This document shows positions 14,001 to 26,710 of a stretch of DNA of 64,000 bases, in pieces (within the stretch, counting starts at the first letter, position 1; each line of letters starts with the position of its first letter). Origin of the DNA: Chiloscyllium plagiosum (taxonomy: Eukaryota); assembly GCF_004010195.1 (NCBI RefSeq), contig NC_057723.1, forward strand, positions 65,407,903 to 65,471,902, written 5' to 3'. Both the position numbers and the translations under genes were made by a program. The notes beneath the pieces are model-generated. The model was not told the DNA's origin and made no database searches. It saw nothing but the letters and a program-made list of their open reading frames with translations.

Positions 14001-14108
14001 TTTGCAAGTAAGTGGTTTAAGAAGATCTGGCAGCTTCTCGTCAACCAACCTCCGACCAGATTGTACATTCTGGACCAGCTTTTTAGCCTCTACTGTGCTT
14101 TCCTATAC
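11045..14108 (-). mobile_element. Decayed Gypsy LTR retrotransposon of Gmr1 type (protease-integrase-RT-RNase H order) with 3' LTR about 11045-11527
   Basis: Protease (FRETGSCQSL; FVLGNDIAG) 13551-14048, integrase GPY module (KARFSGPYQI...CHVNMLKRY) 13157-13447, RT start (IKQNPSRLNP...WNSPIVMVPKP) 12724-12954, RNase H end (ENVIADVL) near 11730. A purine tract gaaggtggggggg precedes the LTR start TGTGGCG at 11527. Confidence 0.85.
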
Positions 14109-14110
14109 TG

Positions 14111-15160
14111 TTTTGGAGAAGATTTGTAGCTCAGTTTGCTTACTGAGCTGGTAGATTTGCTCTCAGATGTTTCGTCACCATGCTAGGTAACATCATCAGT
14201 GAGCCTCCAATGATGCACTGGTGTTCTGTCCCGCTTGCTATTTATCTATCTTGGTTTGTTGTGGTGAGTGAAGTCACTTCCGGTTATTTTTCTGAGGTTG
14301 GTAAACGGGGTCCAAATCAATATGTTTGTTAATTGAGTTCCAGTTTGAATGCCAGGTCTCTGGGAATTCCCATGCTTGTCTTTGTTTAGCCTGTCCCAGG
14401 ATGGATATATTGTCCCAATTGAACTGGTGTCTCTCTTCGTCTATATATATGAATACCAGTGATAGTTGGTCATGTCTTTTGGTGGCTAGTTGGTGTTCAT
14501 GTATCCTGGTGGCTAGTTTACTACCTGTCTGTCCAATGTAATGGTTGTTGCACTCCTTGCAGGGTGTTTTGTATATGACGTTCATTCTGCTGGTTGTTGG
14601 TATGCAGTCCTTTAAATTCATCTGGAGCTATTTCAGTATGGTGGTAGGTTTGTGGGCTACCATGATGTCTAGGGGCTGGAGTCTGGTCGTCATTTCTGAG
14701 ATGTCTTTAATGTATGGCAGATTGACGAGAGTTTCTGGGCGTTTTGTGTCTTCCTGTTTAGGTCTGTTGTGTAGAAATCAGCAGACTGCGCTTATTGGGT
14801 AACCGTTGTTCCTGAATACATTGTACAGGTGTTTTTCCTCAACTTCTCTTAGTTCATTGGTGCTGCAATGTGTTGTGGCTTGTTTAAATAAAGTCCTGAT
14901 GCAGCTCCATTTGTGAGTGTTGGGATGATTGCTTCTGTAGTTATGTGTGGTCTTTGTGTGGCTTTCCTGTAAATGCTGGTCTGTAGCTCTCAATTGGCTT
15001 TGCGTTCTACCGTGACATCTAGGAAGGAGAGTCTGTTGTTATTCTCTTCCTCTTCTGTGAACTTTCTACCAGTAAGGATGTTGTTTATGTGTTTGTGGGT
15101 TTCTTCTAATTTGTTGCGTTTTGTGATGACAAAGGTGTCATCCACATAGCGGACCCAAAG
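14111..15160 (-). mobile_element. Penelope-like element, 5'-truncated (RT C-half, GIY-YIG, pLTR)
   Basis: WVRYVDDTFVI and SFLDVTV (RT), LYNVFRNNGYP, and IYKTPCKECNNHYIGQTG...HEH (GIY-YIG). Confidence 0.92.
14162..14203 (-). ncRNA. Minimal hammerhead ribozyme in PLE pseudo-LTR
   Basis: Minus strand reads ctca-CTGATGA-t-gttacc-tagcat-ggtgac-GAAA-c-ATC-tgag; stems I and II pair. Confidence 0.78.
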
Positions 15161-16552
15161 CCTGGCTTCTACCACTCTTATAGACAGTGAGCTCCAGATG
15201 CCAACCACCATCTGGGTAAAAAAAAGTTTCCCCACATCTCCTCTAAACCTTCTACCCCTTACATTAAATCTATGCCCCCGGTCAGTGATTCATCCAAGAT
15301 GGTGCCATCCTCCCCTTCTCCAACATTTGGTGCAAACATCCTTGAGTGTGTAGGGCAGCTTCAGTTAGTGTTTTGGGTTGAGTGGCCCTTCCTCAGAATA
15401 AGTGTCACTCAACCCGAAACGTTAACTCTGATTTCTCTTCACAGGTGCTACCAGACTTGCTGGCAATCTCTGTTTTTTGTGGTTATGGAGGTAATTTAAT
15501 GTAGTGAGTTTGGTGAGATAGGGCAAGGAAACCCGCTAGGCAAAAAACCTTTCAAAAACAAACTCGACACCATTTAAGGCAAAATATCTAAGCTTCAGCA
15601 TTATCAATGCAGTGTTTTATATCAGATTGAAGACACTGACAGATCCAGATTCCTCTCTATTATTGAAAGAGCCATAGTATTTCTGTATGCACTCTATTTG
15701 AAATGGAATATTTCTGTAACCAATTATACAATAAACGTTGATTGTGTTCTGAACATTTGAATTGCCATTTACATTGCATTAATGATCAGGCAAAAGCTTT
15801 GATGTCTAAAACTTCCAAATATTGTTTGTTGCTCAGGAGATGAAATAATTGAGAGATGAACATTAATTAATCAATTTGTTTGTCTATTTAACTCTTTGTT
15901 TATACTTCTGCTTCAGTAGGTTCAACTCATCCATTACCGCCATTTGTTTATAGGCTTTTGCAACCTCTTCTGAGAGGCTTCAAATTCAAAATCCCTTGAT
16001 ATTCGTAAATTGCATCATGCTCTTGCTTGTTACTTTCATTTGCTCGTTCCATCCATCGAAACCAACTTGCATCCTTCAATCCTATGATTTTGACCTCTGT
16101 TCTTATTTTCTCCTCAGCATACTACCTCCATTTTATCGTCGATGTCATTGCCATCAGTCCTTCAACCCTGTACTTGCAAACTATTTCCCTAAATTCCTAC
16201 TTTTACTACAGCTTCCCCCATCATTCAAGACATCCTAAAATATTATGTGCATTGAATCCTCTCCCTTCACTCTTATTCCCTATTCTTAGCATTGCTCCCT
16301 GTACAATTATATTATGTAGAATTACAAAGACTCCTGTGCAAAGAAACAGATTATTCATACCAATTGGTCAATGCAACAATATATTCTCCACCTCAAGCTT
16401 TCTCTCAGCCTGATTTTCTCCTCATTCCAATGGCTACCTATTACCTTCTCCATCGTGTTTACATAACCTCTTTAATAAATACATCAACATTATCTGCTAA
16501 AGCCACTTTGTGTGATGCCGAGATCCACATTCTCAAAGAAATTCCTCCTTTG

Positions 16553-16853
16553 GGGCGGCACAGTGGCTCAGTGGTTAGCACTGCTGCCTCACAGTGCCAG
16601 GGACCTGGGTTCGATTCCAGCCTCGGGTGACTGTCTGTGTGGAGTTTGCACATTCTCCCCGTGTCTGCGTGGGTTTCCTCCCACAGTCCAAAGATGTGCA
16701 GGTCAGGTGAATTGGCCATGCTAAATTGCCTATAGTGTTAGGTGCATTAGTCAGAGGGAATGGGTCTGGGTGTGTTAGTCTTTGGAGGGTCGGTGTGGAC
16801 TTGTTGGGCCGAAGAGCCTGTTTCCACACTGTAGGGAATCTAATCTAATCTAA
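16553..16853 (+). mobile_element. HE1-type V-SINE
   Basis: tRNA head (GTGGCTCAGTGGTTAGC, GGTTCGATTCC), V domain (tgtggagtttgcacattctccccgtg), CR1-like 3' end and (aatct)n tail. Confidence 0.9.
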
Positions 16854-17099
16854 AATATTTATTTGATCAGTTGGTGATTATCATTGTTTGATGAGTTCTT
16901 AACTCACCCACAAGTAGAAGCAGTTTAAAGGTGTGGTGTGATAGGTTTATGGATTGCTAAATATCAAAGCCTGACTTAATAAATTAAGAAAGTTTTATTG
17001 ATCACAAATTGGAATAAACATCAGGTGAATGAATACAAAGCTGAACATTTTACTGACAGTTTAAGAACATGGTGTGGCCATTTTAGAACAAGATATTTC

Positions 17100-17315
17100 C
17101 TTATGTGGAATCATTTGCCAGAGAAAGTGGTTTGAGGCCAAAACTTTGAATGTTTTCAAGAAGGAATTAAAATAGTTCTTGGGGCTAAAGGGATGAAAGA
17201 GTATGGGGAGAAAGCAGGAACAGGATTTGGATAATCAGCAATAATCATCTTGAATGGCAGAGCAGGCTCAAAGAGCTGCCTGGCCTACTCCACCTATTTT
17301 CTGTATTTCTATTTT
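17100..17315 (+). mobile_element. Old CR1 3' end fragment
   Basis: tggaatcatttgccagagaaagtgg...ttcaagaagg...gaatggcagagcaggctc CR1 3' motifs. Confidence 0.7.
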
Positions 17316-18904
17316 TTAATGTTTAACGTACCTTCTAAGTTTTCAACTCAACTATTTCAGTGAAGTGACTGGTAAAAATAATTTGTTAACTTACTATGAA
17401 TGGGGTTGGGGCCTTAGCTTCAGACTAAATCACCAATGATTATAACAGATTTAATTTCTATGATTCAAATGAAAGGCATCAGGAATTGAACCTCCCTGAA
17501 ACCCTTAAGCATTATTGTGGGGAGAAAAGTGCTGTATTTGTTGATCCAAAAGTTTGCGGTATCAAAAAGTGATTTATAGTGTCAATGGACAGTTCTGGCA
17601 TTATATTCCCAGTGTATGGGCTGAAATAACAGGCGATGACAGCTCAGCATTCTAGATGTTAAGCTAATTTATCTTGTACACACTGTCACCTGCATTGTCA
17701 GATTTTTCTTTAATTATGCTGTAACAGTTTTTTGTTGTGAATTTCTTTTTATTTTGCTAATGCCTCCTCATTAGATTGAATATTGTAAATGAGAGTAATT
17801 AAGTGTTTCCTATTGCTCAGACGCAGTGATTAACTTGCAGAGCTGCTGTTTATTATGTTTCCTCATTCATCACCATCAATCTAAGGATCATGCAGATTAG
17901 TAATAAGTATAATTTATACCAAAATTTATTGCTGTTTGTTAAGCACAGCTTATTAGTGTCTCTTCTGCTTCTGTTCTTGTGCCATACCTTTTCTGAAGTG
18001 TTTCTCCAATGTTCAATTATAGACATTCAATACCAGTGAAATGACTAGCTTTATAAAGCTAACCTTTAGCAAAATTGAAAATCTCAAATTATAAATTGAA
18101 GACCACATTACCTCATCTCACGAGAAAGTGAAATAAAAGATTAAATTATTAAGTGGGTATTGATTGAGTGGTGCCAAGCTTGTGCTTTGACTGCTTGAAA
18201 ATTGTAAAAAGACAGACTGTTAGAACAGGAAACTATGCAATGCACTTAATTTCATTGGAGTGAGGCTATGTCGAGAAGCAAATTGGATCTATGGCTAAGA
18301 TGATACAAATGAGGTAAATAAAAGAAGACATCCATGGTGTTAGCAATAAAATTGTGATATATATTGTGATAACAATATGGTTGACCTACTTTTATGCCCC
18401 GTGCCTCATGAAAAAGCCACATTGCTTTACTAGAAAGGGAGGAGAAGCATTGGAGAAAACTGAAGTCACAATTGAAGAGAGCGGTGTGTAAGATGTGTAG
18501 TAACCACGCATCCTGGCTTGGAACTATGTTGTTCTTCCTTCAGTGTTGCTGGGTAAAAAGCCTGGAACTACCTTCCCAGAAACACTGAGTGCACTTATCC
18601 ACAGAGACTGTAGTAGTTTCAGAATGCAGCTCACCATTGAAATGACTCCACAGAGACCGGAATCCCATCACCAAGTCACGCTTTGTTTATATGTTGTAAG
18701 TCCTTAATTCTGGTACAGTCTTGTCAGAGTCAACTCCCAAAGTGTCAGGATGTCAGACACTTCTGGTTTTTTTTCTTTTTCGACATTTCTGTTTTTATCT
18801 GTCAGTCATGGCTCCCTGATTGGATCAAATTAATAGCTCTAATCAGGGAACTCATAATCGATCAGATCCACTTAGCTGGGGATCTTGTGACAATCACTGC
18901 AGAA

Positions 18905-19430
18905 AGCTATAGAGTTTGAATGCAGAAAATGAGGTGTTCTTTCAATTTGTGCTGAGCTTCGCTGGAGCCCTGCAGCAAGCATAAGACAGAGATGATGGCC
19001 AGGGAGCACAGTGGTATGTTGAAGTGGCAGGCAGCTGGGAAAACAGGATCTTTTTTACGGACAAAATGTAAATGTTCTGCAATGCAGTCACCCAGTCTAC
19101 ACTTTGTTGCCCAGTGTAGAGGAGACCACATTTTAAGCAGTGAATGCAGTAGACTAGATTGAGTGAAATTCAGGTGAAGCGCTGCATCACCTGGAAAGTG
19201 ATGATCTTGGATACTGAGGAGGGAGGAAGTAACTGGACAAGTATTACACCTTCTGCAGTTGCAGGGGAAGGTGCCATGGGGGTACGAGGGATTGTTGGGA
19301 TTGAAGGAGGAGTTGACCAGGATGTCCTCAAGGAAACGGTCCCTGCAGGAAGTTGACAAGGAAGGGGAGAGGAATATGTGTCTGTGGGTGACATCCTGCT
19401 AGAGATAGCGAAAATGGCAGCTAATAATCC
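18905..19430 (-). mobile_element. PLE GIY-YIG fragment replacing the Gypsy integrase end and PPT
   Basis: ORF 18907-19359: GTFPCNCRRCNTC...RLGDCIAEHL...AACHFN...EHLIFCIQTL. Confidence 0.75.
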
Positions 19431-21862
19431 TAAACGTTGTTTCTTTAAGCCAGAATTCAAAGTTTGGACTGCTATTTCTGCCAGACTGTTGAATGATAGA
19501 TGATATAGAGCTGTCCTTATTTGTTGAATGCCATTTGAGTTTAGGAAATACTCAAACTCCCTGCTGGTAAACATTGCCTGTTAACTGACCGACACTTGCG
19601 GGAGTCCATGTACTGTAAAAGATGCTCATAGTTTTTCTATCGTTGTCCCTGTTTGACGAATGACCTCTATGTACATCCACCCACACTGAGTGGGTGTCCA
19701 CAATGACTAAAAGCATTGAGCCCATGTAAGGACCTGCATAGTTAATGCGAATCTGAGTCTAGGTTTACCCAGCCATTCCTACAAATCTGGGAGAGGTGCT
19801 GGCGGTAATGTTTCTAAATGTTGGCTTGCTAGGCACTATCCCAACAATCCTGCTATGTCTGCATCTAAGCCTGGCCACCAGATGTATCTTCTCACCAACA
19901 TCTTCATTTTGGAAACCTCCGAGTGCTCCCTGTGGAGTTCAGCCAATATCTGGCGGCGATGTTTGCTCGGGATAATCATTCTTGCTGCCCATCATAATAT
20001 GTTATCCTTAACTGTGATTTGGTGTCTCTGGGTCCAAAAAGGTTTCATTCTGGTTATGATGATCCTTTGGTTTCCTCCATCATCACCAGACTTTTTAGTT
20101 TTGCCAGAATTGGATCTTTCTGCATCCAAAGTCTGATATTGTCAGTTATGACCAGAAGTGCGTCCAGAAAATTGAAAATCATTATGGACTCTTCCAGTGG
20201 CAGTACCACCAGTGGTGTATCTGCCAGTGGGAGGTGACTCCGTGCATCCGCAGTCACTACTTGACCTCCCAGATGTGTTCCAATTTGTAATTATGTGCAC
20301 TTAGAATTAGAGTCCACCACTGAGTTCAGCCTGAAACTATAGTTGGCGCTGCTTTGTCCTCTTTAAGTAGGCCTAGCAGGGGTTTGTGGTCCGTTATTAT
20401 AACAAATTTACATTAAAAATTATTGATAGAACTTAGAGTTCAAATATGACCGCTAAACTTCCCTTCTCTATTTAGGCATATTAATGCTCTGCATTAGCTA
20501 AAGTCCTGGGTGCATAAGCTATTGGGTATCCCTCTCCATTGGGCCACCAATGAGCTAATACTGCACTAATGCCATATGGGGAGGCATCACATTTCAATAC
20601 TAGATCTCACCTGGGATCATTGTGTGCTAACACCATAGAGGGTGATAGCTGTTTCTTCACTTCCCTGAAGGCTATGGCTACGTGACTATTTCCAAGGCTG
20701 ATCCTTTTTTAGGAATTGAAGCAAAGATGCCAGGATGGAAGCCAGATTATCTATGAACATTCCGTAATAATTTACCAGTCCAAGGAAAGCTCTAGTAGAG
20801 ACATCGGAGCCTGGACACCTTTGACCATCTTCACTTTGTTTTCCAAAGGGTGTAACCCGGTCTTGTTGACTATGTAGCTCAAGTGGATCACTTGAGGTGT
20901 CGGGAGCACACATTTTTCCCTTCTAAGGCATATGGGTCACCTGGGAGGAGGATAGTTTAAGGATCATTTCCAATTTCTCTAACTGCTCCCTATTTGTCTT
21001 CCTGTTATTAATACATCATAATAATGGCGACCTGGGGTAGACCTTGTTAAATGTCCTCTATTGTCCACTGAAAAATTGCACAGGCTGGCAATATCCCAAA
21101 TAGCAGTCTCGTATATTGGTAAAAACTCTTATGGATCTTATTTGCAGCAAATTTCTGGGAATACTCATCTAACCATAATGGCAAGTATTCATGGATTATG
21201 TCCAGCTTTGAGAAGGACAGCATCCCACTGCCAACTTTGCGTATGAATTCTCTATACAAGGGTTGTGTATTTATCCAGCTGTGAAAAGCAGTTTACCATT
21301 TGTTTAAAATCTCCACAAAGGTCAACCTTCACAACCTTCACAGACTTATCGGCCTTCACAATTGGTATGATCGGTGCTGCCCATTCTGCAATCTGGGCTC
21401 GTTTGATGATTTCTTTCCAGCCTTCTGATTTCTGTCTGTATTTTTTTCCCGTAAGGTAAATGGCACTGGGCAGGCCTGTAGAATTTTGGAATTGCTTCCT
21501 GATTGACATGCAAAGAGGCATTGGTTCCTTTGATTGTCCCTAGACCTTCCTGAAAAACTAACAGGTATTTAAAGAGGACTTCATTCAGGCACCATTTTCT
21601 AATTGAAAAATGTAGAGCCAATCTAGGTGAATCTGTCTCAACCAATTTTGCCCCATCCAGCTTGGGATTGAGCTTTTCACTACTAAACCAGTTGCTTCTC
21701 GTAAAAGATCAGAACTGAAATTGTACCCTTAATCTGTAAAGGTTCTCCAGTATAGCTTCTCAGTCAAGCCAAGATCTTGCACAAATTTAAGGGTTTGCGT
21801 TCAGGGCAAATTCAGTTAAGGACGAGTTCTGCAATCACTGAAATGCCATTGATGGTATCAAC

Positions 21863-22435
21863 TATGAGAAATGGGAGACCTGACATGGTCTAATCTACAC
21901 TGAGGAGACAGGATGCCTACTTGCGGAATGCTTCAGAGAACATCTCCTGGACATGCACAAAACAACCCCACAGCCCTACGGCCAAACACTTTAACTCTCC
22001 CTCCCACTTCCCCTCGTCCATTGCCAAACTCTTACCACCCAATGCCTGGAGGCAGAACACCTCACCTTCCATCTTGGTACTTTCCAACCACAGGGGATCA
22101 ATGTGGATTTCACTAGTTTGCTCATTTCCCCTCCCCCAACTTATCCCAGATCCAACCTTCCAACTTGGCACTGCCCACAATCTTTCTCTGTGCATCGTTC
22201 TCCCCACCTATCTGCTCCACCCACCTCTGCGACCTATCATTTTCACCCCCACCTGCATCTACCTATTGCATTCCGAGCTACCTTCCCCCAGCCCGAGCCC
22301 ACTCCCATTTATCTCCCAGCCCCCTTGGCCCACAAGCCTCATTCCTGATGAAGAGCTTATGCTCAAAACATTGATTCTCCTGCTCCTCAGGTGCTGCCTG
22401 ACCGGCTGTGCTTTTCCAGCACTACACCATCGGCC
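21863..22435 (+). mobile_element. PLE 3' fragment (GIY-YIG + pLTR with hammerhead relic) inserted in the Gypsy protease
   Basis: GLIYTEETGCLLAECFREHL...AKHFNSPSH; pLTR ctgatgaagagcttatgctc; 14-bp TSD ttgatggtatcaac (21849-21862 / 22436-22449). Confidence 0.85.
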
Positions 22436-22711
22436 TTGATGGTATCAACCTCCACTACATCTGGGTGATCATTTAACCAGAAAATTATTTTAACTGGTTC
22501 TGATTTGGGTGTTGCTCAGCAATTTAACTGTTCCAAACCAGATGTAAGTAGACTTTCCAGGTTGTGTGCTTTCCTGGATACTGGCCTGTGTGTTCTCTTA
22601 CTCAATTGAGGGCTAGTGAGACTTTTTTGCTGTGTTGAATCCGCATACTGGCAGCAACTATAATGGCTTGCTCGTCCAGATCCTGAAAGAAATGTTAACC
22701 ATTTGGCAAAG

Positions 22712-23370
22712 AGTCGAGAGTGTAGTGCTGGAAAAGCACAGCTGATCAGACAGCATTTGAGGAGCAGGAGAATCGACATTTTGGGTATAAGCCCTTCATC
22801 AGGAATGAGGCTTGTAGGTTGGGGCTGAGAGATAAATGAGAGGGGGGTGGAGTTGGGGGAGGTAGCTGGGAAAGCTATAGGTGGGCGAAGGTGATAGGTT
22901 AGAGGGGGCAGTGATGAATGGTTCCGCAGGGAGGTACCAAGTTGGAGGCTTGGGACTGGGATAATGTGGGGGGAGGGGAAATGAGGAAGCTGTTGAAATC
23001 CATATTTATCCTCTGCGGTTGCAGGGTCCCAAGGCGGAAAATGGGGCGTTCCTCCTCCAGGCGTTGAGTGGTCATGATTTGGCAGTGGAGGAGGCGCACA
23101 ACGTGCATATCCCTGACTGAGTGGGAGGGGTAGTTGAAGTATTCACGCACAGGGCAGTGAGGTTGGTGGGTGCAGGTGTCCCAGAGATGTTCTCTGAAAC
23201 GATCTGAAAGTAGACGTCCTGTCTCCCCAATTTTGAGGAGGCCACGCTGGGTGCATTCCTGGTGAAGGGCTTATGTCCGAAACGTCAATTCTCCTGCTCC
23301 TCGGATGCTGCCTGATTGGCTGTGATTTTCTAGCATCACACACTCAACTCTGCAGTCCTCACTTTCTCCT
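22712..23370 (-). mobile_element. PLE 3' fragment with inverted short pLTR (about 23255-23370), inserted in the Gypsy gag
   Basis: ORF 22899-23150 (RLEEERPIFRLGTLQPQRINMDF); terminal inverted pLTRs; 14-bp TSD accatttggcaaag (22698-22711 / 23371-23384). Confidence 0.87.
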
Positions 23371-23904
23371 ACCATTTGGCAAAGGCTTTGTTTTGTTTTG
23401 GGGTATTTCTGTGGGCAGACCTGAAGTCCCTTCTTCAGGAATGTGTCCTCCACGAGGCTATACAATTGTCTTCACTTAGGTGGTGTATCCCAAGTTTAGT
23501 CAGATTGGCAAGGGTGTCCACTTCATTTGAAATACCCTACAACTCATTTGCTTCACTTGCCGCAGTTGTGGTGCCTGTTGGAAGTCCAGTTGGGCTTCAG
23601 CAGTAGGTGCTTTTGCATGGTTACATCATTAATCCAACATACCAACCAGCCAATCAACATTTCATAAACGGTTAAACCAAAGTCACATGACCCCCACCAG
23701 TCAACTGAACCTAGTCAAAAATCCCGACACACATTCCCCTGGTGCTTGAATTACTGAGTAAAAATGACAGCACCTCAGAACTAGAGGAGCTTGGGTTCAT
23801 AATATTCCTTGACTAAATTTGTCAACTCTTCAAAGGTTTTAGTATGTGGTGTCTCAGGAAAAGTTAGGCTCCGAATAACTGAAAAAGCTGTGTGTCCTGT
23901 GAAT

Positions 23905-25677
23905 GTCTGTGAACTCCACTTGCCGACACAGTCTTTCTGGAGGCAGCCAATTAACGAGCCACCTCCAGGAACCCCATTCAATTAAAGGCAGCGAGCAGTG
24001 TCCTGAGGCTGCAGGAACTACTGCTTTGGAAAACCTTAGCTCTGGCAGAGGGACAGCAAAGAGAACACAAGGATATTTCAAAGCTGACAGTTCACTCAGA
24101 ATGCAGGAGAAACCCCTGCAATAGAGTTTGTTGAGCTGAGGTAGACAGGTTTTTTTAATCAGGAAGGGAATCAAGAGTTAATGGGAAAATGCAGGGAAGT
24201 GGAGTTGAAGATTATTGGATCATATTATTAAACAGACTTGATGGCCTGAATGACCTACTTATGCTGATATGTCTAAAGGACAATACATCTTTTCCTGTTC
24301 CTAGCCTTCTCACTGGGGCATGAAGCTCTGGCTCAGTTGACCACACAGTCTGCTGTCAACAGACTACTCTACTGAGCATGACTCTTATTGGAAGTCTGCT
24401 CTGACCCTGCAAGTTCCCAGGAACGTTCTCCTCAGCCTCCTAATCAGCCTCTTCTGCTGTAATGATTAGTTGTCTGAGAATAGCCATTGCCAGTACGACC
24501 CTCCTTTTAACAAGATTAGCTCTAGGATGCAATCCGTCGGGCCTCTGAGTCAATGGGATGCTTGTCTGTTTTGCTTCTGCTTCTCTGTGTCTTGTAGGTT
24601 TTGCATGTAGTCTGCACAGGATTGTGCTATATCTGGCCCAAGAAAGCTTGGTGCTGACACATAAATGGAAACTACTGCAATCTGCAGCACCAGCGCCCAC
24701 TACCCATATACAAATGCCTTGTCCACTTTGAATGCCTTTCTTTACACTCAGTACCAGTAAACACAAAGTGATTTTCATATCCAAGGAAGCAGCTGCACTC
24801 CAAAGCTGACACACAGTGCAAGGCTCAGCAACACTTCATGAAGATTTTTGTGGGATCAGTGCAAAGTGAATTAACTGCAGATGGATCTAAGAGTCTCATA
24901 TTATTTTAAGTAGAGCATTTGGTCCTGACCAAATTTACACATCAAGAAACACTTAGAAACCTAAGATGTAGTTATTGTTTTGTGCTGATAAAGTCTATAG
25001 ACGTTTGCAGTGCATACAGTATCTGCTCCATTTTCTACATTTTCATTGGTTGCGATGTTGAAAGGCACTTTATACATTTCATTCTTTAAAATAATGTTAG
25101 ATTATTAAAGCGAAAGATGATTGTAGAGAGGAGTGCTTCTAATTATCCATATTTCTCCAAACCAATCCAAATACGTTATTCAGAAAAAGATTCCGAGGCA
25201 AGCAAGTGAGTGTGACTGTCAGCTTCAGAGCCAGGGAGGGGTAGAAAATTGATCAGTTTCTCTTTGTTTCAGGTAAATAATTCCTCGTGGAACACAAGGA
25301 CCTGTAGACGTTGGCCAAGGATGGGATGGAGCCAGCTCTCCATATTCCAGTAACTGGCTGACATTCACTTTCTGGGTCCAATCATGAGTCCTATTAATTT
25401 AGATAACGCATTCAGTCTCAGTCCAGTTTTTAAGAGGGCTACCACATTAAAACAGCTTCAGGATACATTTGAAAATTGGAAGGGCAATCTCAGCCAAGTT
25501 CTAACCAATTAAGTGATATGTTAATTTGATATTCTTTGTAAAGGTTTGTCACTTCACTCATATATGGGGACTATTCTGTTTAATTTACCTGCAAGACAAT
25601 TCCGGGAACTGTGCTGACAGGATTAACTACTTTGATTTGTGGACAACAAATGAAAGCTGTTTGCTAAGTACATCCAT
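23905..25677 (+). repeat. 1.8-kb direct duplication of 35086-37175, inserted into the Gypsy gag
   Basis: Colinear with 35086-37175 at roughly 95% identity by eye. Gag reads ILLAAYG on one side and HTAFSVIRSL on the other. Confidence 0.95.
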
Positions 25678-26361
25678 AAGCTGCCAGGAGAATTAGTTGT
25701 TGCTTTTCATCTGCTTCAATGTCATTTGTCCAGAAAATATAATGCATTCTTTCTGCATACTGGGCCCTGTCTTCGACAGCAGGATCAAATGAGTCAAACT
25801 TCCCAAATAACAGCATGATGCAAAGAATACTTACTTCAACTCAAAGACAACTGTTGTGAACAAGTTTCTTCAGGACATGCTTTAGTCTCGTCGCCACTGA
25901 AATAACTCTGAAGAGGCTGGTATCCTGTTACCAAGTCACCCTTTACTTACGCATAGAAAGCCCTCGACTCTGGTAAAGCTTCTTCAGATGTAACTTCCAG
26001 TATGAGAGGATGTGTAACACTCCTGTTTTTATCTGTCAACCAGAGATCTTTAATTGGACCAGGTTAACAGCCCCAATCAGGGAACTCATATTCTATGTGC
26101 CCACCTGGCTGACTTTTTTAAAATCACTACAATTATCACCTTCTCCAGGGCAATTAAAATGGGCAATAAATGCTGGCCTTGCCAGTAATGCCCACGTCCC
26201 AAGAAAGGATGAACTAAAAAAAGAGTATATAATGCACAGTCGTTTCTCATGGCGTTACTTTTGGTGGGTTTACTGGCACATTATTGTAAATCTACCCCCA
26301 AGACAAATAGTTCTAATCATGTACATTTTACTAAATAAAGTGAGGTATTGGGCTTTCTAAA

Positions 26362-26710
26362 GTACATGGTGGCTCAGTGGTTAGCACTGTTGCCTCACAG
26401 CGCTTGGAACCCTGGTTCAATTCCAACCTTGGGCACTTTGTGTGGAGTTTCCACATCCTTCCCGTGTCTACGTGTGTTTCGTCCGGGTGCTCCAGTTTCC
26501 TCCCACAGTCCAAAGATGTGCAAGTTAGATGAATTGGCCATGCTAAATTGCCCATAGTGTTCAGGGATGTTTAGGCTAGGTGCAATAGTTGGGAGAAGTG
26601 TAGAGTAAAAGGTAGGGGAAATAGGTCTGGGTGGGATAGTCTTCTGAGGGTCAGTGTAGATTTGTTGGGCGAAATGGACTGTTTCCACACTTGGGATTTT
26701 ATGATTCTAA
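26362..26710 (+). mobile_element. HE1-type V-SINE
   Basis: GTGGCTCAGTGGTTAGC head, V domain and CR1-like 3' end. Confidence 0.88.

Larger units (their letters stand above)
18638..26131 (-). mobile_element. Decayed full-span Gypsy LTR retrotransposon (LTRs 18638-18901 and 25898-26131) carrying nested insertions
   Basis: Two homologous, diverged TG..CA LTRs, with PBS-like TGGCGACGAG at 25896-25887. Gag starts MLLFGKFDSFDP at 25816, followed by protease EVDT, RT (WAAPIIPIV, LCGDFK, YQYTRLLFGI), RNase H region (FLGLVNYYG) and integrase (FTSREFEYFL...NSLAE). It splits a LINE 3' fragment (about 18500-18637 / 26137-26225). Degenerate TSD accat/attat. Confidence 0.9.

Noticed and set aside
24440-24814. 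124-aa minus-strand ORF also present at 35653-35985, suggesting a conserved gene pair
   Set aside because: It is shared only because of the recent duplication. It has a non-ATG start, no domain, and different stops in the two copies.
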